From a virus, in IMG/VR virus record IMGVR_UViG_3300030103_000918, positions 1-30,291 of that record: a stretch of DNA of 30,291 nt. One strand, written 5' to 3'. Positions 16,129 to 23,309 of the stretch are shown one piece after another. A program made the translations under genes and the position numbers. Position 1 is the first letter of the stretch. Each line of letters begins with the position of its first letter. The notes below the pieces were generated by a model. That model did not search any database. It saw only the letters and a list, made by a program, of their open reading frames with translations, and was not told the DNA's origin.

Positions 16129-16625
16129 GCCAAGCACTATTTGTAACGAGACACGATATATCAGTATTTACTGCTGCTAATGGTAATATTGATAATGACA
16201 AGCTATTACCGTTTATAAAGATTGCGCAGGATATACACATACAAAATTATCTTGGTACTGATCTATACAACAAAATTAAAAGTGATATAGTAGGTGGAAC
16301 ATTAGCAGGTAACTATTTATCATTACTAACAGATTATATACAGCCAATGTTATTGCATTGGTCATTAGTAGAGTATTTACCCTTTGGTTCTGTTAGTATT
16401 GGAAACGGTGGTATATTTCAAAAGAATCCAGAAAACAGCACCGCAATAACAAAAGAACACGTAGACTATCTTGTCGAGAAGGCGAGAACTACTTCCCAGT
16501 TCTACACAAACAGATTTATAGATTATATGCAAAGTAATAATAACTTATTTCCAGAGTATTACAGTAACACGAACGAGGATATGTACCCTGATGATGTTGC
16601 TAACTTTGGGGGTTGGGTACTATAA
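16125..16625 (+). CDS. Possible head-tail connector (gp6-like) protein
   Basis: ATGA overlap with the portal gene. The protein is 166 aa and helical (LLPFIKIAQDIHIQNYLGTDLYNKI...). The call rests on position plus weak pattern similarity. Confidence 0.4.
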   Translation: MSQALFVTRHDISVFTAANGNIDNDKLLPFIKIAQDIHIQNYLGTDLYNKIKSDIVGGTLAGNYLSLLTDYIQPMLLHWSLVEYLPFGSVSIGNGGIFQKNPENSTAITKEHVDYLVEKARTTSQFYTNRFIDYMQSNNNLFPEYYSNTNEDMYPDDVANFGGWVL

Positions 16626-16634
16626 TAAAAAGAT

Positions 16635-18695
16635 ATGGCAAACACAATAGAATGGGGACAAGGTGCGGTAAACAACAATAATGATTGGGGTAAGGCAAAA
16701 GCCAATTCTACTAATGGATTTGGTGCTGTTTATGATAGTTCATTAAGTGGTGATACTAATATTGTTGGTGGTCAACCTGTTGTTTCTATAACTTATTCAT
16801 CAAGTTCTTTTTGTGCTGATGCTTCAGACCCAACACCAACTATAAGAAACAATGCTGGTGCTGGTACATTTAGCTCGACATCTGGCTTAGTATTTATTAG
16901 CACATCTACAGGTGAAGTTGACATTGATGCTTCTACTGCAGGAAGTTATTTAATTACTTATACAGATACAGATTCGTCAACTGCAACATTTAATTTGACT
17001 ATTAATAGTTTACCGACTGCTAATATCACAGGTGCATTAAGTTTCTGTGCTGGTAGTAGTACGGTGTTAACTGCTACAAGTGCGAGTTCTTATTTATGGT
17101 CTACAGGACAAACTACACGAGAGTTGACAGTAACTTCAGGAGGTTCATATAGTGTTACTATAACGGATTCAAATGGATGTAGTGCAACTTCTTCGATAGT
17201 TACCGTTACAGAACACCCACTACCGAATGTAGAAATTACAGGAACTTTAACATATTGTGCTGGTAATACTACAACGTTAACAGCTCCTGCTGGATTAAGT
17301 TCTTATTTGTGGTCTACGGGAGCAACTACACAAAGCATTAATGTAACGGCAGGCACCTATACAGTCACGGGAACTGATGCAAATGGATGTAGTGCAACTT
17401 CTTCTGCTTCTACGGTAACAGAATTACCTTTAGATAGCGCAACAGTAACATATTCATCAAGTGCTTATTGTCAAATGCCGACAGGGGCTTTAGCTGTAGA
17501 TGGTTATTATCCTTTATATACCACAGCTTCTGCTGCTAATGCGGTTAGTAATGATGGTCAAAGCCACACACATTATTTAAGCGGTCAAACTTACTATATG
17601 CCCGGAGCATCAGCCGGTGTAAATCCCGGAGTTGTTCTATATCACGGTGGTTACTCTTTAACTACGCCAGCACCATCCATCACAGGTGAAACTGGAACAT
17701 TTAGCGAATCAACTGGAAATCTAAGTATAGATAGCTCAACGGGTGTTATAAACGTTAATAACTCAACTGCTGGTACATATACAGTTGTATATACTACAAA
17801 TGGAAGCTGTCCAAATACAGTTAACAACACTATTACAATTAATCCTCTTGATGGTGCTTCTTTTGCTTATTCTGCGAGTAGTTTACCACAAACAGGAACA
17901 GCAAGTTTAACAACTACACCAACCACTTCAGGTGGTGTTTATAGTGCCTATCCAAGTGGGTTAAGTATTAACTCTTCTACAGGTGAAATTGATTTAGCTG
18001 CTTCTACTATTCAATCTTATAAAATATTCTACATAACAAGTGGAACGTGTCCAAATTCGTCAACATTTAATTTAGCTGTAACTGCTGCAGGAATTACTAA
18101 TAACTTTAGTATGAGTTTTGATGGTATTAATGACTATATAGATTTAAATTCTTTAGATCAAAGTATATTAAATGGCTCATTTACTGTGAGTTTTTGGTTA
18201 AATAAAACTTCGAAAACAGGAGGGTTAGCAGATAATGATAGAATAATTGATTTTACTGTTAGCTCTTCAACGAGTTTACAAATAATAACTGATGACACAA
18301 CAAATAAATTTGGCGTTAATTTTATACAAAATGGAAACAATCACATAAATCAAAAAGTTTTTAATAATTGGAATACCGTCACCGGTTCTTGGCATCATAT
18401 AGCTTTAACTTGGAATGGGTCTTCTTATGAATATTATTTTGATGGCTCACCTGTTTCAACTACAGGAGTAAAATCTATTGGAATAAACGGTTCGGGTTTT
18501 TATCTTGGTAAACGAGCAGATGGCTTTTCAAGCACTTATTTAAATGGCAAACTTGACGAAGTAGCAATCTGGAACACAGCTCTAACATCTACACAAGTAC
18601 AAAGTATTTACGATGGAACAGGAACTAATTTAACTAAAGACTTAACTACAGTGTCAGGTAGCAACTTGATTTACTGGAATAGAATGGGAGATTAA
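16635..18695 (+). CDS. Tail fibre/adhesin with repeated Ig-like modules and a C-terminal Laminin_G_3 (concanavalin-like) domain
   Basis: LamG_3 signature: FSMSFDGINDYIDL...FTVSFWLN...WHHIALTWNG...YLNGKLDEVAIWNTALTSTQVQSIY. There are two 70-aa Cys-containing repeats and three copies of a G.FS..sGL.I.s.TGEID...G.Y.I.Y module. Confidence 0.85.
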   Translation: MANTIEWGQGAVNNNNDWGKAKANSTNGFGAVYDSSLSGDTNIVGGQPVVSITYSSSSFCADASDPTPTIRNNAGAGTFSSTSGLVFISTSTGEVDIDASTAGSYLITYTDTDSSTATFNLTINSLPTANITGALSFCAGSSTVLTATSASSYLWSTGQTTRELTVTSGGSYSVTITDSNGCSATSSIVTVTEHPLPNVEITGTLTYCAGNTTTLTAPAGLSSYLWSTGATTQSINVTAGTYTVTGTDANGCSATSSASTVTELPLDSATVTYSSSAYCQMPTGALAVDGYYPLYTTASAANAVSNDGQSHTHYLSGQTYYMPGASAGVNPGVVLYHGGYSLTTPAPSITGETGTFSESTGNLSIDSSTGVINVNNSTAGTYTVVYTTNGSCPNTVNNTITINPLDGASFAYSASSLPQTGTASLTTTPTTSGGVYSAYPSGLSINSSTGEIDLAASTIQSYKIFYITSGTCPNSSTFNLAVTAAGITNNFSMSFDGINDYIDLNSLDQSILNGSFTVSFWLNKTSKTGGLADNDRIIDFTVSSSTSLQIITDDTTNKFGVNFIQNGNNHINQKVFNNWNTVTGSWHHIALTWNGSSYEYYFDGSPVSTTGVKSIGINGSGFYLGKRADGFSSTYLNGKLDEVAIWNTALTSTQVQSIYDGTGTNLTKDLTTVSGSNLIYWNRMGD
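17010..17429 (+). repeat. Tandem in-frame duplication (2 x about 210 nt) encoding Ig-like Cys-containing modules
   Basis: LPTANITGALSFCAGSSTVLTA..YLWSTGQTT...DSNGCSATSS is repeated as LPNVEITGTLTYCAGNTTTLTA..YLWSTGATT...DANGCSATSS. The nucleotide string aaatggatgtagtgcaacttcttc is also repeated. Confidence 0.85.
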
Positions 18696-18697
18696 TT

Positions 18698-20212
18698 ATG
18701 AGTAATTACTATAATAGACAATGGCGTTTGCCTAACAATGAGAATAAAGACAAGCAGAGTAACTATTCTATGGACTTTGATGCTGCGAACAGTCAGGTGG
18801 TCAATATAGATCATAATTCTGTTTTTAATTTAGGAACTTCCTTTACTATAAGTGGATGGTTTAATTTTTCTTCTAATAAATATCAAGGCCTAATTAGTTT
18901 TGATAATACTTCACCAAGAGGATGGTTTTTGTTTCAGCTAGCTGACAATTCAATAAAATTATTTGATGGCACTAGTGCTTTTACTTTAAAAACGTCATAC
19001 ACAACTACTAACCAATGGGATAGTTTTATAGTAACTTATGATGGAACAGATTTAGTTTTTTATGTAAACGGAACACAAGAAAGCACACAAGCCGTTTCAG
19101 TGAATTTACAAACTAACGGAAATGACGGACAAATAGGTAATAATAAATTTAGCACAGGAAGATATTTTAACGGAAAAATAGACGGATTAAGTATTTTTAA
19201 TTACGCTCTTTCTTCAGGTCAAGTAACAACTCTTTCTGGTTCAAGCTCTACTGGCATAGGAAACCCAATGAGTTTATCTCCAAAGCCTGTTGCTTACTAT
19301 CCTTTAGGAGATAAAGATGCTTTTAACGGAGCAAATTATTTAGTTCCAAATATTGCAGCCGAAGAAGCTGACGGAGACATAGCTACAAGTTACTCTCCTT
19401 ATGCTTTAGAGTTTGATGCTGCAAGTAGTGATTATATAGATTTAGGAACAACATTAAATTCTATGTTAGAATTAAGTGACAGTTTTAGTGTTTCAGCGTG
19501 GATAAATTTTGAAAATACTTCTACAGACAGAACTATTATATCAAATTTTACGAGCGCAATAAAAGGTGTTCAATTAAGGGTTTTACCTAATGAAAGTATA
19601 AGAATTATTATAGCTGAATCAAATAGTAAATATTTATTTGTAGATTCAACATCTTTATCTACAAACACTTGGCATCATACAGTTTTTACTTATGATGGTT
19701 CAAATACTATTGGAGGTTTAAACTTATATATAAATTCTTCGTTAGATAATAATACTAATGGTACAGCAGGAGCAATTACAACAATAACAAGTTCTGATAG
19801 TTTAAAAATAGGAGCATATACATCAGGGCAGTATTTTAATGGAAAACTTTCAAACCTTTCAGCGTGGAACACAGCTTTAACATCTGCACAAGTAACAGAA
19901 CTTTACAACGAGGGTGTTCCATCTAATCTAAACAATCATAGTGCATATTCAAATCTTACAAGCTGGTGGCAATTAGGAAGTAATAGTTCTTTCAATACTA
20001 ACTGGACTGTTTTAGATGAAAAAGGAACAAACAATGGAACCTCAAGCAATATGGGAGAAGATGCTATAGTAGATGGGATTGGAAGTTATGCCAATGGTTT
20101 AAGCTCTGGAATGGGGGGTGATGAAGTTATTGGAGATGCGCCTTACAGTTCAGCAAATTCTCTTAGTGTAAATATGGATATAGAAGATAGAGTAAGTAAT
20201 ACACCTAGTTAA
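18698..20212 (+). CDS. Tail fibre/adhesin with two Laminin_G_3 domains
   Basis: Two copies of the pattern (FTISGWFNF...YFNGKIDGLSIFNYALSSGQV and FSVSAWINF...WHHTVFTYDG...YFNGKLSNLSAWNTALTSAQVTELY). Confidence 0.85.
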   Translation: MSNYYNRQWRLPNNENKDKQSNYSMDFDAANSQVVNIDHNSVFNLGTSFTISGWFNFSSNKYQGLISFDNTSPRGWFLFQLADNSIKLFDGTSAFTLKTSYTTTNQWDSFIVTYDGTDLVFYVNGTQESTQAVSVNLQTNGNDGQIGNNKFSTGRYFNGKIDGLSIFNYALSSGQVTTLSGSSSTGIGNPMSLSPKPVAYYPLGDKDAFNGANYLVPNIAAEEADGDIATSYSPYALEFDAASSDYIDLGTTLNSMLELSDSFSVSAWINFENTSTDRTIISNFTSAIKGVQLRVLPNESIRIIIAESNSKYLFVDSTSLSTNTWHHTVFTYDGSNTIGGLNLYINSSLDNNTNGTAGAITTITSSDSLKIGAYTSGQYFNGKLSNLSAWNTALTSAQVTELYNEGVPSNLNNHSAYSNLTSWWQLGSNSSFNTNWTVLDEKGTNNGTSSNMGEDAIVDGIGSYANGLSSGMGGDEVIGDAPYSSANSLSVNMDIEDRVSNTPS

Positions 20213-20231
20213 AATATTAAAATAAATAAAA

Positions 20232-20483
20232 ATGAATAATAGAAGTTATATAGTAATAAATTTAAGCGATACGGATAAAGTGCTTTTTTCTCAAGTTAAT
20301 CAATCTTCAGCACAAAGTATGCGAAGAAACTTAGCAAACACGCAAGGAATATTGAGTTATAGCGTGACACCTAGTTTTGTAAGTGATGGTTCCTTAGTGC
20401 CTGTTGGAGATATAATGAACCAAGATCAATGTCTTGCTTTATTAGCAGATAGTGACTGGACACCAGACAACCCTGAAACGTGA
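20232..20483 (+). CDS. Hypothetical 83-aa protein
   Basis: ATG at 20232, tightly following the fibre gene. I recognised no family. Confidence 0.6.
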   Translation: MNNRSYIVINLSDTDKVLFSQVNQSSAQSMRRNLANTQGILSYSVTPSFVSDGSLVPVGDIMNQDQCLALLADSDWTPDNPET

Positions 20484-20605
20484 AATATGTAAGTAACATA
20501 TTACAGAAGCCCAAGAAAAGAAAAGGTGTACACGCCAAAAGCAAAATGAGCAAGTGTAAAGGAAGTAAGAATTATGTCAAACCATATAAAAGACAAGGCA
20601 AATGA
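20480..20605 (+). CDS. Candidate 41-aa extremely basic peptide
   Basis: The GTG start overlaps the upstream TGA (GTGA) and the stop overlaps the amidase ATG (ATGA). The product is (M)KYVSNILQKPKKRKGVHAKSKMSKCKGSKNYVKPYKRQGK. It would fill the 118-bp gap. Confidence 0.3.
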   Translation: MKYVSNILQKPKKRKGVHAKSKMSKCKGSKNYVKPYKRQGK

Positions 20606-21054
20606 GAGAAATAGAAAAAATTATAATACATTGTTCAGCAACTATTGAAGGCCAGAACATTAGTGCTGCAACTATTAAAAGGTGGCACGTAAAAGATCGT
20701 GGTTGGTCAGATATTGGCTATCACTATGTTATTGGTTTAGACGGTAAGATAGAAGCGGGAAGGCCCGTAAACAGGATTGGAGCGCACGTAAAAGGTGAGA
20801 ATAAAACCAGTATAGGAATTTGTTATATAGGTGGATTAAGTAAAAACAAACGTGCTAAAGACACAAGAACAGAAGCACAGAAAAATGCATTAATAAAGCT
20901 GATTAAGACACTTAAAAACATTTACCCAAGTGCAACACTACACGGGCATAATGAGTTTGCTAAAAAGGCGTGTCCTTGCTTTAAGGTTTCAACTGAATAT
21001 GCAGAGTTTCAGCCAGAAGGTTACAAATTTGATAAAGATGATAAAGGCGAATAA
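20602..21054 (+). CDS. N-acetylmuramoyl-L-alanine amidase endolysin (Amidase_2 / PGRP / T7-lysozyme type)
   Basis: IIIHCSAT...GWSDIGYHYVIGLDGKIEAGRP...GAHVKGENKTSIGICYIGG...LHGHNEFAKKACPCF. Confidence 0.9.
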   Translation: MREIEKIIIHCSATIEGQNISAATIKRWHVKDRGWSDIGYHYVIGLDGKIEAGRPVNRIGAHVKGENKTSIGICYIGGLSKNKRAKDTRTEAQKNALIKLIKTLKNIYPSATLHGHNEFAKKACPCFKVSTEYAEFQPEGYKFDKDDKGE

Positions 21055-21055
21055 A

Positions 21056-21352
21056 ATGGACGATCATAATTTAATTCTTGCGGTTGCTGGTGTAGTTTCT
21101 GCTTTAGGCCTCAAAGAAATTTGGCAATTATTTAAACAAAAAATAGATATTAATGCGAAGAAAGAAGAAAGGCAAGACAATCTACAGGCAAAAGTAATTG
21201 AAGAATTAAAAAACAAAATTGATGGTTTAGAACGTAAGATTGATGAATTAATTACTGAGAACACTCATTTACGTGTTAAGATAGCGAAGATGGAAGAAAG
21301 ATTAATAGCAAACGCAAAGAAAAGAACACAGAACAAGTACAAAGATGAATAA
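21056..21352 (+). CDS. Membrane-anchored coiled-coil protein in the lysis cassette (holin-, antiholin- or spanin-like)
   Basis: ATG 21056 lies right after the amidase stop. There is an N-terminal TM segment (LILAVAGVVSALGL), then a heptad-rich helix. Confidence 0.55.
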   Translation: MDDHNLILAVAGVVSALGLKEIWQLFKQKIDINAKKEERQDNLQAKVIEELKNKIDGLERKIDELITENTHLRVKIAKMEERLIANAKKRTQNKYKDE

Positions 21353-21791
21353 GATAAAAGATACTAAAATAGGGAAGTTTTTAGCTGAAAAAGCACCCAA
21401 TGTCTTAAAGGTGGTTGGTTCTGCATTACCTGATAGTGGTACACTAGGAATCATTAAAAATTTAATAGATGGTGAACCTGATTTATCACCAGAAGATAAA
21501 GCACAGATGCACCAACAACTAGTAGAATTATACAACCTAGAGGTAAAGGATAGAGATAGCGCAAGGCAACGAGAAGTAGAAATGATGAAAGCTGGCGCAC
21601 AGGATTGGATGATGAATGTAACAGGTGCAGTTGGTTTATTTGCATTTGTGTTTTTAATTATTGCAATAGTGTTTATTACAGTACCCGAACACAACAAGGA
21701 ATTAATGATACACACCACGGGAATAGTTGAAGGAATAGTATTATCAATCGTAGGATATTACTATGGTAGTATAGCTAAAAAAAGAAATTAG
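21345..21791 (+). CDS. Putative holin (GTA_holin_3TM-like)
   Basis: A soluble N-terminal region with ...EVKDRDSARQRE... is followed by two strong TM segments (GAVGLFAFVFLIIAIVFITV and GIVEGIVLSIVGYYYG). The gene is adjacent to the endolysin. Confidence 0.5.
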   Translation: MNKIKDTKIGKFLAEKAPNVLKVVGSALPDSGTLGIIKNLIDGEPDLSPEDKAQMHQQLVELYNLEVKDRDSARQREVEMMKAGAQDWMMNVTGAVGLFAFVFLIIAIVFITVPEHNKELMIHTTGIVEGIVLSIVGYYYGSIAKKRN

Positions 21792-21805
21792 CAAAATTTT
21801 ATTTT

Positions 21806-22867
21806 TTGAAAAACCACAAGAAACGTTTTAAAGACAAAACAGGTAATCCACGATACAGATTATCAGAGGATGAAGCTGATATAATTTTCAAGTATAGAAG
21901 AATAAAACAAGAAGCAGAAGCACAGGGTTTAAGTGTTGATGATATACATAGTGGATGGATTAAATCAAAAGAAGCAAGTTTATATTTTAAGAATCCAGAT
22001 TTTAAAAAACAAGATCATAAAAAATTATTTAAAGATTTACTTGATGATTTAAAACAACACGCACCACACTATAATAAAATACAAAGGCCAAAGGTTATTG
22101 AACCACATTTGTTTTTTTGTTGCCCAAGTGATATTCACATAGGTAAATTATCAAGAAGTTTTGTAAGTGGTGTAGAGTATAACAATCAAATAGCAGTGCA
22201 ACGCACGTTAGAAGGCGTTAGAGGGTGTATCAAGAAAGCAGAAGGTTTTCATATAGATCAAGTTATATTGTTGCTTTCTGGAGATATTTTACACGTTGAT
22301 GGTTTTAAAACAACAACACGGGGAACACCACAGGATATGGATGGATTATTTTCAGATATGTTTTTAATTGGAAAACGTTTAATAGTTCAAGTTATTGAAA
22401 TGCTGTTGGACATTGCAGATGTTGAAGTAATGTACACTAGTGGTAATCACGATCATATCACGGGTTGGTTAATGAGTGAAGTGTTAAAAGCGCATTTCAG
22501 CTTATGTAGTAATGTTACGTGGAACAATGATTTAACTATGCGTAAATACTTTAAGTATGGTAAAACATTAATAAGCAGTACACACGGAGATGCTATAAAA
22601 TGGAATTTACTACCAATGATAATGGCTGATGAATGTAAATGGTGGTCTGAAACTAAATACAGGTATATGTTCACACAACACATACATCATAAGGTTCAAC
22701 ATAAAAATGATTTTGTTGGTGTAACATTAGAATCATTACGTTCACCGTCAGGCGCAGATGCTTGGCATCATAAAAGTGGCTATCAATCTTCATCTAATTT
22801 AGCTATTGAATCATTTCTTTTTCACAAGCAACACGGGCAAGTTGCAAGGTTGACACACCTATTTTAA
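21806..22867 (+). CDS. Calcineurin-like metallophosphoesterase with an N-terminal domain of about 100 aa and unknown function
   Basis: Motifs appear in the canonical order: SDIHIG, LSGDILHVDG, SGNHDH, STHGD, QHIHH. TTG 21806 is the only start candidate after the in-frame TAA at 21776. Confidence 0.8.
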   Translation: MKNHKKRFKDKTGNPRYRLSEDEADIIFKYRRIKQEAEAQGLSVDDIHSGWIKSKEASLYFKNPDFKKQDHKKLFKDLLDDLKQHAPHYNKIQRPKVIEPHLFFCCPSDIHIGKLSRSFVSGVEYNNQIAVQRTLEGVRGCIKKAEGFHIDQVILLLSGDILHVDGFKTTTRGTPQDMDGLFSDMFLIGKRLIVQVIEMLLDIADVEVMYTSGNHDHITGWLMSEVLKAHFSLCSNVTWNNDLTMRKYFKYGKTLISSTHGDAIKWNLLPMIMADECKWWSETKYRYMFTQHIHHKVQHKNDFVGVTLESLRSPSGADAWHHKSGYQSSSNLAIESFLFHKQHGQVARLTHLF

Positions 22868-22939
22868 CATTTCATTGTTAATAAAGTTTTTAATGTGTTT
22901 TGTAATTTGCATTGTAATTATATATATATTTACAACATA

Positions 22940-22964
22940 ATTAAAACAAACAACTATGAAAACT
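22940..22964 (+). repeat. 25-bp perfect direct repeat, copy 1 (leader plus first codons, ATTAAAACAAACAACTATGAAAACT)
   Basis: Identical to 23138..23162. Confidence 0.9.
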
Positions 22965-23120
22965 TTTAAAATACAACTAAAAAATACTTTATCAAATAAT
23001 AATAGTTCATACTATAAAAAATTTGGTGGCATCTTAACTAAATATGTAAATGTGCAAATAAAAGCAGATTTAAAAGATATTCCAAATTATGATAAAATTA
23101 TATCTATAGAAGAAGTGTAA
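22956..23120 (+). CDS. Small early ORF, 54 aa
   Basis: ATG 22956 lies within the repeated leader. The ORF ends inside the terminator stem. Confidence 0.45.
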   Translation: MKTFKIQLKNTLSNNNSSYYKKFGGILTKYVNVQIKADLKDIPNYDKIISIEEV

Positions 23121-23137
23121 ATCACTTCTTTTTTTTT
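23111..23137 (+). terminator. Rho-independent terminator
   Basis: AGAAGTG-taaat-CACTTCT forms a 7-bp perfect stem, followed by T8. Confidence 0.75.
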
Positions 23138-23162
23138 ATTAAAACAAACAACTATGAAAACT
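23138..23162 (+). repeat. 25-bp perfect direct repeat, copy 2
   Basis: Identical to 22940..22964. It begins directly after the terminator T-run. Confidence 0.9.
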
Positions 23163-23309
23163 GTAAATTATACAACACGTACATTTTACGTGCCTGCTAG
23201 TAAGATAGATACATTACTAGAATTTCAAGAGAAATGCAGAGCCAACGGCAGAAAGTCATATTCTGAAGTATTACTACAATTAATGGAAGAATACAATGGA
23301 AATAACTGA
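23154..23309 (+). CDS. Ribbon-helix-helix (CopG/Arc-like) DNA-binding protein, 51 aa
   Basis: MKTVNYTTRTFYVPASKIDTLLEFQEKCRANGRKSYSEVLLQLMEEY fits a beta-strand / helix / helix layout with the conserved S-x-S/E position. Confidence 0.5.
   Translation: MKTVNYTTRTFYVPASKIDTLLEFQEKCRANGRKSYSEVLLQLMEEYNGNN

Noticed and set aside
18570-19894. A 28/30-nt near-identical patch in the two LamG genes, considered as a diversity-generating retroelement TR/VR pair
   Set aside because: There is no reverse transcriptase anywhere in the window. The two mismatches (C/T and A/G) are not adenine-specific. The patch encodes the conserved WNTALTS motif, so protein-level constraint or gene conversion explains it.
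20930-21055. N-terminal extension of ORF 20930..21352 overlapping the amidase gene
   Set aside because: It overlaps 125 nt of a well-supported endolysin in another frame. An in-frame ATG at 21056 sits directly after the amidase stop and starts with a TM helix.
21302-21718. 138-aa minus-strand ORF. The same applies to 26000..26362, 29193..29705, 370..675, 1542..1781 and 15297..15668.
   Set aside because: Each is antisense to a + strand gene with recognisable motifs or translational coupling. Their hydrophobic or low-complexity products are typical of antisense frames in AT-rich DNA.
22899-22932. Bacteroidota housekeeping promoter (TTTG at -33, TAnnTTTG at -7) upstream of the early ORFs
   Set aside because: Only imperfect elements are present: TTTG at 22899 or 22906 and TATATTTA at 22925, with spacings of 22 or 15 nt instead of about 19-21. 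That is too weak to annotate as a feature, so I mention it only as context.
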